IMG/VR virus record: IMGVR_UViG_3300045988_154277
DNA from: a virus
DNA length: 64,000 nt
Reading direction: 5' to 3' (one strand)
This document shows, piece after piece, positions 26,192-35,741 of the stretch. Position numbers and translations under genes: made by a program. Each line of letters begins with the position of its first letter. Within the stretch, counting starts at the first letter, position 1. The notes beneath the pieces were generated by a model that saw only the letters and a program-made list of their open reading frames with translations, did not search any database and was not told where the DNA came from.

Positions 26192-27544
26192 TCACTGTGC
26201 CTGACGACGTACTTCAGTATCCAACCGTTGTAAGACCATTCTAGCGAATGCAATATCAGCAGGAGTTGACTTGTAGTTATCAGCTGCATATCGAGCACGC
26301 GACTCATAGGTACGATCAGCATATTCGTGCGAACCCGTCTCGACTTTAAATGTACCACCTATCCTGTTTTGAATATCAAACAAATGTCGACATTCGTGAA
26401 CGATAGTTTTAATGAGCGATTCTTCTTTAGAACCACGTAATCTACTCCATCGAGATATACTGGACATCAGAAAGTTGTAATTGCACCAAATATTCGGTAT
26501 TGGTACATCTTCGAACATCCACCCTGTGATAGAACTCTTTACTCCAGTTATTGGATCTGGCCAAGTTCTCGAGTCCCTGTTAGTGACTATCAACTGATTA
26601 ACTTTGAACACACCACCATAGTACTCTCCAAGACGGCGACATAAATCGTGACTTATAGGAAATGAAAGATGTATATCGATCTCATTGCACATATACGCAT
26701 GTCGTAAGTTAACTAAGTATCCTTCCAACGTACTAACGTTGATACTTGTATACTTTATCTTAAGTAAGAGTAGTTTCAACAAAGTGTTGCACACGATAAT
26801 CTTTTCATCGAGTGTAGTGACTTTAATGGTATCGTTAGCGCTCATATAGTTGTGTTGAAGTGTCTCACACATAGAACGAATCAAACGATCAACACGATGT
26901 GTTATACTAGGATCGTTTGCATTGAGTTGGTTTATAGTATCTGTCAATGACAGTATCTCTGGAAGATGCTGATTCAACATAGTGATCGACTGACATATCA
27001 CCTCAGCATGTGACTTCAACCTAGTTGCGGTAACTGCATTTCCACGAACAATCGTATTTAGAAGATGTCCAAGATCTGATGATTGTGATATTAACAATCG
27101 TTCTGTTAGTTCAACCTGCTCTGGTCTATTGACCCAGAAATCAATAGGATCTTGTAGAATAACAAACAACTTTTGTTCTATTGTGGATATGTCATAGCCC
27201 AATTTGATCAAACGATCGAGATCGTCAACATGAAGGATAGTCATAATCTTTGATTTAATCTTAGTGATTAAATTCAACACAAATGCAACTATCTTTCTAA
27301 TTGTATCTTTCAACCAAGTTATGAAATTTTCAATAACCTGCCTGGCATCATCAATTAGACTCTCGTCTCCGATTAGATCATGAAAATCCCTGGTGACACC
27401 ATGCTGTTCATAAAACCTTACAACAACTGTAGCATTGTGATATGCGTTGAAAGCGATATCTTGTTTCTGAATTATGTCGTCCAAACATTGTAGTTCGATA
27501 TAGTCGTGAACAGCATCGTAGCAATCAAATACATCAATATTCAT
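26192..27544 (-). CDS. HExxH paralog family, large member C (the most divergent of the four)
   Basis: IVHECRHLFDIQ and C-terminal ADIAFARMVLQRLDTEVRRQ. ATGA overlap with small C. Confidence 0.55.
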   Translation of the reverse strand: MNIDVFDCYDAVHDYIELQCLDDIIQKQDIAFNAYHNATVVVRFYEQHGVTRDFHDLIGDESLIDDARQVIENFITWLKDTIRKIVAFVLNLITKIKSKIMTILHVDDLDRLIKLGYDISTIEQKLFVILQDPIDFWVNRPEQVELTERLLISQSSDLGHLLNTIVRGNAVTATRLKSHAEVICQSITMLNQHLPEILSLTDTINQLNANDPSITHRVDRLIRSMCETLQHNYMSANDTIKVTTLDEKIIVCNTLLKLLLLKIKYTSINVSTLEGYLVNLRHAYMCNEIDIHLSFPISHDLCRRLGEYYGGVFKVNQLIVTNRDSRTWPDPITGVKSSITGWMFEDVPIPNIWCNYNFLMSSISRWSRLRGSKEESLIKTIVHECRHLFDIQNRIGGTFKVETGSHEYADRTYESRARYAADNYKSTPADIAFARMVLQRLDTEVRRQAQ

Positions 27545-27870
27545 TTTAAATCCTCTAGCGATTCCAGTAACTCAGCATACATATCTCGTATAGACTTTCC
27601 GTTCCTATCATCAACATATGCTTGTTGGTCAGGGCTGAGTTTCCATTTTACAAAACAATGACAACCGCTAAGGTACTCATTAAATGCCGAACATCCAACC
27701 ATATCGATCCAAACAAAACCTTGGTGCGTGTACATATAACCATAATAACACACTGATTTGAACCTCTCTTGAGCTTCTTGAGGTGTTTCATATGCCGCGA
27801 TATCCATCAAACGTTTCTTAGCATCATCATGGTGCTTTTGCATCTCTCTTGTAACTTGTTCCGTACACAT
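27541..27870 (-). CDS. Small partner protein C
   Basis: Start moved to Met after AAAGGAGAAA. C-terminal WKLSPDQQAYVDD motif. Confidence 0.45.
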   Translation of the reverse strand: MCTEQVTREMQKHHDDAKKRLMDIAAYETPQEAQERFKSVCYYGYMYTHQGFVWIDMVGCSAFNEYLSGCHCFVKWKLSPDQQAYVDDRNGKSIRDMYAELLESLEDLK

Positions 27871-27904
27871 GTGAGTTTCTCCTTTCACTATCATATCATA
27901 AAAT

Positions 27905-27942
27905 CTAGATGTAGGCGTGTGCTCTCCTACATCTAGATAGAT
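27905..27942 (-). terminator. Conserved cassette terminator (TCTAGATGTAGG-cgtgtgctc-TCCTACATCTAGAT plus TTTTAT)
   Basis: Stem plus T-run on the minus strand, between large D and small C. Confidence 0.55.
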
Positions 27943-27943
27943 C

Positions 27944-29419
27944 TTATTTCTGCTTCTGTCTCTTGATTTCTGCTTCTACCTGGTCAAGGATCTTCTTCGC
28001 CCAAGCACGGTCACGATCAGTGATCTCGAACTTGGTAGCAGCTTCCTGAGCTCTTCGTTCATGTTGGTATTTGCGATATTTGAAGAACGAGTCTCCTTCT
28101 CGCATCACATCGAACTCTTTCCCATACTGCATATCCCAGAGATGTTTGCACTCATGAACGACAGTACCGATGAACGCATCGTATTTGTTGATGCGATTGT
28201 CATTCAAGAACGCACCACTGAATCTTGCGATCCAAGATGTCATGAACCGTGCACTCACCCAAAGTTCCGTTGGGAATGACACACCAGATCCATTGCCTGG
28301 ATAACACCATCCCATCAACCCAGGAGTTTCAGTAGCGATGTTCCAGGTGGTCGGACTCATATTCGTCACGATAAGCTTCGTCACTTTGATCGGAGCTCCA
28401 TAGAAATCAGAAAGTCTCTTGATCATCGCCTGATCGAACGGGAACTCCATATGGATCGACACTTCACCTTTGTTGTACGCAGAATGCAGCTCTTTCAAAA
28501 TAGATACCCCTTTACGAATGCATCTATTGAAGAACTGACTGTAAGAAGTTGCGAATGCAATACAAGCACTTGCCTGGATCCGGAGTACTGCGATAAAACT
28601 GCTTTCATCTGATACATTAACGTGTTCATATATTTTGGTTTTGTTTGTATCAAGCAACAGGCTCCGTGCTCCAGGGAATCGTCTTATGAAATCCGCGATC
28701 TTATCTCTGGTACGTGTAAGATCATCGTGTTCATTCAACGACTTTTGGAGGGTATCGATCATCTTACCCATCGTGTTCATCATCGTAACATAACTGTTGT
28801 TGATTATGTACTCAAACTTCTGAGCATATTCACAGAACTTCATACGAGGATAAGAGGTTTCCTTCTTACATTCTTCAATCCCACCACACAGTGTATTGTA
28901 CGCTTGATTTAAAAAGTCGTTTAAAACAGAAACCATCTCACCGATGGTGGTAGCTTGTCTGACGTCGTTACCGATCTGGTTTTCTTTGGTTGCCATCTCG
29001 AACACAGAACGGAAGAACCCAGCTACTCTAATGATCTCATAAGGACTCTTAGTTGCGATCATCTTGTTGATATGAATAAGCGACCACACCATCGATGTTA
29101 AGATATCTACGATACTACTTATGATGTTGAAGATGAGGCTAGCCAGTTGGATCAACTTCTTCTTCAACCAACTAATGATGCTACCAAGTACTTCTTTGGC
29201 GGAGTCGAAAAGGCCTTCCTCTCCGATCAGCAGTTTGAAATGTTCTGTGTATCCGTACTTGTCCTGATACTGTTCCACCACGGTAGCGTTATGGATCGCC
29301 ATCAGTCCGTTGGTTACTTCCATACCCAAACGTTCCGTCTCCATCAGGTTACGATCCAGTTCGTTCAGTTTCAACTGATACTGGTAATCCTCTAAGAATG
29401 TAATATCTTCCACGGTCAT
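27944..29419 (-). CDS. HExxH paralog family, large member D
   Basis: VVHECKHLWDMQYG and C-terminal DRAWAKKILDQVEAEIKRQKQK. Confidence 0.55.
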   Translation of the reverse strand: MTVEDITFLEDYQYQLKLNELDRNLMETERLGMEVTNGLMAIHNATVVEQYQDKYGYTEHFKLLIGEEGLFDSAKEVLGSIISWLKKKLIQLASLIFNIISSIVDILTSMVWSLIHINKMIATKSPYEIIRVAGFFRSVFEMATKENQIGNDVRQATTIGEMVSVLNDFLNQAYNTLCGGIEECKKETSYPRMKFCEYAQKFEYIINNSYVTMMNTMGKMIDTLQKSLNEHDDLTRTRDKIADFIRRFPGARSLLLDTNKTKIYEHVNVSDESSFIAVLRIQASACIAFATSYSQFFNRCIRKGVSILKELHSAYNKGEVSIHMEFPFDQAMIKRLSDFYGAPIKVTKLIVTNMSPTTWNIATETPGLMGWCYPGNGSGVSFPTELWVSARFMTSWIARFSGAFLNDNRINKYDAFIGTVVHECKHLWDMQYGKEFDVMREGDSFFKYRKYQHERRAQEAATKFEITDRDRAWAKKILDQVEAEIKRQKQK

Positions 29420-29457
29420 TCTCCTTGTTATAAGACCTTATGTGACAAAAAAGAAAA

Positions 29458-29481
29458 GGGGAGAGGTGTTACCCCCCCCCC
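29458..29481 (-). promoter_or_regulatory. Hairpin GGGGAGAGG...CCCCCCCCCC (C10 tract) followed on the minus strand by TTTTCTTTTTT; an attenuator- or terminator-like element between small D and large D
   Basis: Homopolymer C10 at 29472-29481. The minus strand reads GCGGGGGGGGGGTAACACCTCTCCCCTTTTCTTTTTT. Confidence 0.45.
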
Positions 29482-29492
29482 GCATATTATCT

Positions 29493-29765
29493 TCAGCTGA
29501 GGTGCTGAAGGATGTAGTCCAACTGATCGGAAGTCAGTTGGTCTTTACGGAGATACTCCGTGTTAGAGATCGGTTCTGGATTGCCCAGAGGACAGATGTA
29601 TTGGACAATCCGGATGTATTCTCCTTCATCATGGAAGAACGATCCAGATGTCGCGTATGTTGCGATCAGATGATCTGCTCTTGCTCGAGCATCCTCGATC
29701 TTCAATCGATCTGCCGCTCTCCGATACGCGATGCGTTTCATCAGCTCAATTACTGCATTACTCAT
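29493..29765 (-). CDS. Small partner protein D
   Basis: Start moved to ATG after AAGGAG. The C-terminus is homologous to small B. Confidence 0.45.
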   Translation of the reverse strand: MSNAVIELMKRIAYRRAADRLKIEDARARADHLIATYATSGSFFHDEGEYIRIVQYICPLGNPEPISNTEYLRKDQLTSDQLDYILQHLS

Positions 29766-29800
29766 GTCGTTATCTCCTTGGTTCGTTTCTAGTTTCACTT

Positions 29801-29830
29801 AGTTATATATAAGCCAAAATACTTTCAAAT
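29801..29830 (-). promoter_or_regulatory. TATATAT box (GGCTTATATATAACTAAGTGAAAC on the minus strand) upstream of cassette D/C
   Basis: Member of the recurring hairpin-plus-TATATAT unit. Confidence 0.35.
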
Positions 29831-29832
29831 AC

Positions 29833-29869
29833 ACTAGCTACAGCAGGGATGTTGCTCCTGCTGTAGCTA
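29833..29869 (-). terminator. Hairpin CTAGCTACAGCAGG-gatgttg-CTCCTGCTGTAGCTAG
   Basis: 14-bp perfect stem after the 29876 gene stop. Confidence 0.55.
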
Positions 29870-29875
29870 GTTAAA

Positions 29876-31630
29876 TCAGGGTTCTGCTATGACCATCACA
29901 GGCACACCGTAAAGCAGTTCGAAGGAGCTGTCGTCGATTTGTTTCCAGAACTCAACCACGAGAGTACTATTGACGTACTGATCCAGGTTGGCGTTCAGAT
30001 ACAGAGGATCGGCGAACTTCTCCACCTCTCTAGGTTGTGTCAGGATAGCGATACCAGAAACTGGTGCACGCACGGTGAAGTGTGTTGGGATCGGAGGAGC
30101 GGACTCCTGACCGATCTTCGGCGGTCTGCTGTTGAAATAGAAGTTCTCCAGGAACACTTCGGTCGCTGTTTGAGACATCGTCGTCTTAAACAGTTCACTT
30201 GGGATCCTGTAGGTGTTCACCACAGTACCGTCCGTTGAGGTGATCGGACCGTAGTAGATCACCGGAGCGATATGTGGAGGCGTGTTGTCCCCATACGTAG
30301 GTTCTTCTGTTTGGCTGTAGTCGTCCTTCAGGAGGAACCACGGATACGTATCGTTCGGATTTCTCAACTCGATCGACACCTTCTGACTGTAAGGCTCTTG
30401 CACTCCACTGTCTGGTGTCTGAGTGGTTTCGATCAGCAGTTCTTGACGGGTACCGAACGCGTTCGGTACGAACTCACCGTAGATCGGTTCACCAGCAGGT
30501 GTCTTCCCGGTGATCGTCTTGACCGATGCGATCTTAGAGAGGATCGAGAATCCTTTCCGGTTCTCTTTGTAACCGAAGAGTTCCAACTTCCAGTTGCTCA
30601 GATCACTCTGCCATACCGGGATCACAGAGATCTTGGAGAGTGAATACTTAGTGGTATTCACGATTCGAACTGTCTTATTGCAAGCCAGGAACCGAACACC
30701 TTCCCCTTCTGCGATCGTAGCAGGAGTATCGTCGGAAATATAGTACTTCGCAGTGAGAGTGAACTCTGCACCGGCATATTCCGTAGAGACATCCTCTAAT
30801 CCATACAAGAACCCAGATACCCCGTCGATACTCACGATCTGAGTAGTACCATCAGCGTAAGTGATCTGCGGATAGAGTGCAAGCTCTTCTTTGTTCTGAT
30901 GAGTATAGAGGATGATATCTCCATCCAGCATCTGGTTCGCCACGATGTCGAATGCGACGATCGGGTTGGAACCATCGGTCAGCTCGTTCAAGATCAGAGC
31001 TTGTTTGGTGATCAGCTGTACCACAGCGATCAAGATGCCGGAAGCGTCGTAGATGTGGAGAGCGATCTGCTCTCCATCTTTGAATGTAGCATAACTGTAG
31101 CAATTCACACACTTGCGAACACCAGGAACCGCTGTTTCTACAACGGGAACTCTGGTACCCGTGGGTTTGTTCGTGGTGTCGAAGTTCTGACTGACCACAG
31201 TGGTTGTACCATCTGCGTTGGTGCGGATCAGTTCATACTGCGCACCGTGATGTCCAAAGAACGCAAGCTTGTTGTCGATCACCAGTCTGGTGAGACGGAT
31301 GATCGTTCCGGTACTGTCCGTGATCGCTACCGTTGCATAATACAACATGTAGATGTCGTTCCCGTAAGAGAGAACACGATCCGGTTGTCCATCCTCGGTC
31401 ATCACGATCGCTGTTGGAACCATCGTCACTTTGTACGTGGTGGGATCCACTGCGGTAACGGTATAGAGCTGATTGTGAAGACCCTTCGTATCGTCGACGA
31501 TCTGCGAACACACTTCCGGTATGATCTTACCGGAAGCGGATGCGTCGGTTCCGTCGATATCCGGATCATAGATCCGGCTCAACGGATAGACACGAGGTTG
31601 GTCTTCCCCGTAGACTGAAATAGTAGCCAT
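29876..31630 (-). CDS. Virion structural protein (tail/baseplate-like)
   Basis: Large T/G/N-rich beta-type protein in an operon with 31652.. and 34635... Confidence 0.45.
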   Translation of the reverse strand: MATISVYGEDQPRVYPLSRIYDPDIDGTDASASGKIIPEVCSQIVDDTKGLHNQLYTVTAVDPTTYKVTMVPTAIVMTEDGQPDRVLSYGNDIYMLYYATVAITDSTGTIIRLTRLVIDNKLAFFGHHGAQYELIRTNADGTTTVVSQNFDTTNKPTGTRVPVVETAVPGVRKCVNCYSYATFKDGEQIALHIYDASGILIAVVQLITKQALILNELTDGSNPIVAFDIVANQMLDGDIILYTHQNKEELALYPQITYADGTTQIVSIDGVSGFLYGLEDVSTEYAGAEFTLTAKYYISDDTPATIAEGEGVRFLACNKTVRIVNTTKYSLSKISVIPVWQSDLSNWKLELFGYKENRKGFSILSKIASVKTITGKTPAGEPIYGEFVPNAFGTRQELLIETTQTPDSGVQEPYSQKVSIELRNPNDTYPWFLLKDDYSQTEEPTYGDNTPPHIAPVIYYGPITSTDGTVVNTYRIPSELFKTTMSQTATEVFLENFYFNSRPPKIGQESAPPIPTHFTVRAPVSGIAILTQPREVEKFADPLYLNANLDQYVNSTLVVEFWKQIDDSSFELLYGVPVMVIAEP

Positions 31631-31651
31631 ATGTCATCCTCACTTGGTATA

Positions 31652-34630
31652 TTACGGTTGATCGACACGGATATCTCTGTTCGGATCTTCCGGCAACAGA
31701 GCGCGTTTCAACTGCTCCAGAGTACGGTAGAACTCTGGGGTCCCCGAGTCGTAAAGTCTATACGATGGCAGGATATCGATGAACGTCAGATCGAGCATAC
31801 CCGACTCCAGAACAGGAGGTTGATCTATTCCAAGATCCCCTGTCTCCCAAGTGAGGTTGGATGGATCTGCCAACCCATCGGTTGGATCCACTGCGTAGTA
31901 GAACACTCCAGTGACGGATTTCAACGAAGATACGATCTCCCAGTGACCTTGTTCCTGGTGGTACCAGATGAACAGGTTGGAGAATGCATTATACCACCTT
32001 CTCTCTTGTCCTTTAGCACTCTTGTCGACAGGACGATATGTCTGGTTGACCTTCTTCGTTCCTGCTCCTCCGACGATCAGGTTACCAGTTACTCCAGCCA
32101 GAGCACTATCCTGGTCTTCTGCAGTCAGATATCCAGCAACCTGATCTCTCATCCGAGCTAAATCAGCGTCATACACCAAGGTGAAATCCCCATTCAACAC
32201 ATCGTTCATGATCTCGTTGACCAGAACCGAATAGATGTGATGACTATGTGGGATCACGACGAAACTATCATCCACAGGATGCAGCCCTCTGAAATATTCC
32301 AAGATCGCGATGCATCGTTCCGTATCGAGGTCATCTCCGTACTGCTGCATCATGTCGTTGACGCTTTCCGGAAGCATCCCTCTGGTGTACCAGATCGCTC
32401 CGTTGCGCACACTGTTTGGGAGTTTCAGAAGTCCGTATTCATATTGCAGATCACGGATCGCCAATCCATCACAAGTGAGCATCGCCAGCTCTTGATACCA
32501 ATACAAGAGCACGTTCAACGTATCGATGTAGTGAACTTTAACGAATCCATTCTCCTCTGTAAAACAGGGATCTGTTGTCACGTAGATCGTGAGGTTGTTA
32601 TCCTCTGTTCCAGAGTTCAAGTATTCACTGTTATTCACCTGGATCGTTTGCGATGCGATATTCCCAAGCATACTCTTATTGACAGCATGAACGTAGTCAA
32701 CGTCACGAACCAACTCACGTCCATTCAGATACACGATCGGATGAACCGTGTGGACCAACGGGATCTGGATCTGAGATCCATCACTCCACTGAGTAGCGTT
32801 CACCATCAACATACCGGAGCCGATACTGTGACCGTACAGCTCACCTAATTTAAAGGTACGATTGTAAGCAGTGGTCATCAGTCGTTTCGAACAGATCAGG
32901 AAGGTTCTTCCGAACTGATCCTCTCCGAACGAGATCGTCGATGTACCGTCTTCATTTTCAGTGATCGAGTAGTACGTCGACGTTAAACTCTCCGGATCGA
33001 TTTGTTCGTAGGTCTGATCTACTGAATACTGATCGGCGAAATAGTTGCTCTTCGGTTCATCGTCATCACGTTCTCTGACACGGAACACTACGACATCACC
33101 AGTGACGGTCAAGGTATTGTTCCCCTCCATCGGAGACAAATATTCCGCATAGAACTTCGAATTCTCAAAGAGTTCCACCACGATCTCTGTATTCAGTGGT
33201 AAAGGAACACTCTTATCGATACTGATGACGACATACTGTCCGTGCTTGTTCACGTTGTAGAGTGTGTCGTCCAGATGTTTTCCATCGACAAACACATGTG
33301 CTCCAATATATCGAAGTGGGATCATCGCCAGTGGAAGATCCACGGTGAACACATGGGTGGTGTTCGGTCCGATGGTTGTTCTGGTAACACGTTTGCACAG
33401 CAGAGACATCGTGTTGTAGAATCCAAGAGCTTGGATGTACCCTGTTAAGGAGTTCACTCCACTGAACAGTGGGTTCTTGAACATCAGGTCCACATATTTG
33501 CTGGATTCCAGATGATCTGCCCTCCAGAAGGGAAGGGATGAGTCTCCTCTTCCCACCAGGAAGTTAAGGATCTCCTCATCGGACAGCTGATACAACATGA
33601 ACAGATAGTTCGCTTCTCGGATCAGCTTCAATCCTTTGTTGTGACGTCTTGCGATCACTCGGATCTCGATCTCCGTGGTATCCAATGCATTCATGTATGC
33701 ATTCAGGAGGATCTCGCTGATCGCGAAATCGTTGTGTGTCAACTGGATGATCGCATCGGTTGTGTTGAACCGATGGAGGAACAGCCCCTTCAGATGAGAG
33801 TTCGCAGTCGATGTATTTAGAGGACGGACGAACATATCACAAGTGTTATGTGTGATCAGATAGTTCTCCGGGTTATCCTCTTTTGGGATATGCATGATGT
33901 AGTTGAATCTCGCGTACTTCTTACTGCGGTAGAGGTAGTTCTGACCAACCACAGACAAGTTCACTGTGAAATCACTGACGATGTCGGGATCCGTGATCAG
34001 CTCGATGTAGTCTCCGATCTGGATATCGTTCATCGAAGCAACCTGGCTTTCACGTCCGTTGATGAACACGATATTCGCCAGACGAGCCATATCCCAAGCT
34101 TGGTTCCTGCTCTCCAGGTTGTTAGGACGGAGACAATCCGTCGATAAGTTCGTCAGAGGTTCTCCGTCACTATCCACATAAACAGAGACGAAGATCTTCT
34201 TAAAGTTGTATCTTGCACCGAGTATCGTCCTGGCCATCTTCGCTTCGATCGCCATGATGAAGGAACTACGGCACGGATAGTTGGTAATGTAGATCCCACG
34301 TCTCCACAACCACTCCCCGTTCGTACCGGTCACTCTGAAATCAAATGGGTTGGTATCCAGCCACTCGTCCAAAGGTACCCAGTCTGGAACGTTGATATTG
34401 AGGTTCCCCATACAGCATTTGGGAACCTCATATACGTAATAAGAGTCGGTATAGGGGAGTAAAAGAGAGACCGGTCCAAGATCGACCGATCCCATCCGTG
34501 GTATCGCACTGATACACCGTGCTATAAAGTTCTGACGATACTCTGTTGTCGGCATGTTCCAAATGTGATCCAGACAGTACTTGTTCAGATATTTGGACAT
34601 CACCGTAGAAGTATCAATCGTAATGGACAT
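31652..34630 (-). CDS. Large virion structural protein (baseplate/tail-like, 992 aa)
   Basis: Long ORF, tightly coupled (4-nt gap) to the upstream gene. Confidence 0.45.
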   Translation of the reverse strand: MSITIDTSTVMSKYLNKYCLDHIWNMPTTEYRQNFIARCISAIPRMGSVDLGPVSLLLPYTDSYYVYEVPKCCMGNLNINVPDWVPLDEWLDTNPFDFRVTGTNGEWLWRRGIYITNYPCRSSFIMAIEAKMARTILGARYNFKKIFVSVYVDSDGEPLTNLSTDCLRPNNLESRNQAWDMARLANIVFINGRESQVASMNDIQIGDYIELITDPDIVSDFTVNLSVVGQNYLYRSKKYARFNYIMHIPKEDNPENYLITHNTCDMFVRPLNTSTANSHLKGLFLHRFNTTDAIIQLTHNDFAISEILLNAYMNALDTTEIEIRVIARRHNKGLKLIREANYLFMLYQLSDEEILNFLVGRGDSSLPFWRADHLESSKYVDLMFKNPLFSGVNSLTGYIQALGFYNTMSLLCKRVTRTTIGPNTTHVFTVDLPLAMIPLRYIGAHVFVDGKHLDDTLYNVNKHGQYVVISIDKSVPLPLNTEIVVELFENSKFYAEYLSPMEGNNTLTVTGDVVVFRVRERDDDEPKSNYFADQYSVDQTYEQIDPESLTSTYYSITENEDGTSTISFGEDQFGRTFLICSKRLMTTAYNRTFKLGELYGHSIGSGMLMVNATQWSDGSQIQIPLVHTVHPIVYLNGRELVRDVDYVHAVNKSMLGNIASQTIQVNNSEYLNSGTEDNNLTIYVTTDPCFTEENGFVKVHYIDTLNVLLYWYQELAMLTCDGLAIRDLQYEYGLLKLPNSVRNGAIWYTRGMLPESVNDMMQQYGDDLDTERCIAILEYFRGLHPVDDSFVVIPHSHHIYSVLVNEIMNDVLNGDFTLVYDADLARMRDQVAGYLTAEDQDSALAGVTGNLIVGGAGTKKVNQTYRPVDKSAKGQERRWYNAFSNLFIWYHQEQGHWEIVSSLKSVTGVFYYAVDPTDGLADPSNLTWETGDLGIDQPPVLESGMLDLTFIDILPSYRLYDSGTPEFYRTLEQLKRALLPEDPNRDIRVDQP

Positions 34631-34634
34631 GTTG

Positions 34635-35663
34635 TCACCGTTTAACCTTATTGATCACAGCTCCTGTTCCCATGATGTCATTGGCGAACTGGAGGATCTT
34701 GCCTTTGGTGTTACGTAATTTGATCACATTCGACATCGTCGGGATTTTCGCCCCGGATGCCACTCTCAACAACTGGTAAACCCAGTATGGGGGATACTCC
34801 AACGCGATCGCCATCGTGATGCTGTCTGCTGCACTGGAGGAGAGGAACCGATAGAGCTGAGTTTTCGTCAGCTTCCGCATCCGGTGAGGACCTCTCTGTT
34901 GTAGAGCAGTGCAAATCACTTCTGGTGTCCAGAGTTTATTCGGATGATGGTTAAGATCTTCCACACTCTTGATCCTGGATTGAATATCGTTCATGGTTCC
35001 AAGGAACCCACAACGATTCAACAGAGCAGGATAGAGGTTGGGACCTTCTCCCCCGAGAAGCTGTGCATAATACGCAGCGAACAGAGTCTGAACGAACATC
35101 GATTCATTGTAGTCCAACCCATAGATACGACCCAACTCTACACCGATCGTCGTAGCATACGATTCGATCACGAACGATGCCAGTTTCGGGGAGAGCCAAG
35201 GGTCATGATCCTCATATCCAGTAACCAGTGCAGCACGCACAAACAGACTCGCCAACATGGTCGAATCTGTAATATTGTACTGGACATTGTATGGGTCTAC
35301 TTTTGTCGATATGGAGGTCAAGTTCACCCAACATTTCTGAAACCGTGCCGGTACAGAAAGGTTGCGAACCGACTTCCCGTCGACTACGATGTCTTGGATC
35401 GTTAAGACTTCAGGTATATCGTCCACTACCCCACTTAAGTTGTAGCAGAGGAAGCTTTGAAGCTTATCCGATTCAACAAGATCCTGATAGATCTTGGAGA
35501 TCGGAGTGCTAGAGAAGATCCGTGTCTGCGCAACGTGGGATAACTGATCGGGTGTCAGCACAGTGTCCGCTGTGTCCTTAATAAGAAACGCTACGGCTTG
35601 CTGTAACGGGACTTGCCCGATCCTATCTGCGACGATCGAGACGTCAAAAAGAGATAATTTCAT
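34635..35663 (-). CDS. Virion structural protein
   Basis: First gene of the minus-strand structural operon. Confidence 0.4.
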   Translation of the reverse strand: MKLSLFDVSIVADRIGQVPLQQAVAFLIKDTADTVLTPDQLSHVAQTRIFSSTPISKIYQDLVESDKLQSFLCYNLSGVVDDIPEVLTIQDIVVDGKSVRNLSVPARFQKCWVNLTSISTKVDPYNVQYNITDSTMLASLFVRAALVTGYEDHDPWLSPKLASFVIESYATTIGVELGRIYGLDYNESMFVQTLFAAYYAQLLGGEGPNLYPALLNRCGFLGTMNDIQSRIKSVEDLNHHPNKLWTPEVICTALQQRGPHRMRKLTKTQLYRFLSSSAADSITMAIALEYPPYWVYQLLRVASGAKIPTMSNVIKLRNTKGKILQFANDIMGTGAVINKVKR

Positions 35664-35741
35664 ATCTTTAACCTCGTGTTGTCTAAGATGATTCTAAAGT
35701 CATAGGATCGTCGGCGACAACAAGTAACTGGAGAAATCTTT

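Noticed and set aside
23111-29481. Poly-C tracts as simple sequencing or assembly artefacts
   Set aside because: I cannot decide this from sequence alone. Both occur at the same position of homologous cassettes, inside complementary GGGGAG/CCCC stems, which argues they are genuine. I report them as a finding with that caveat.
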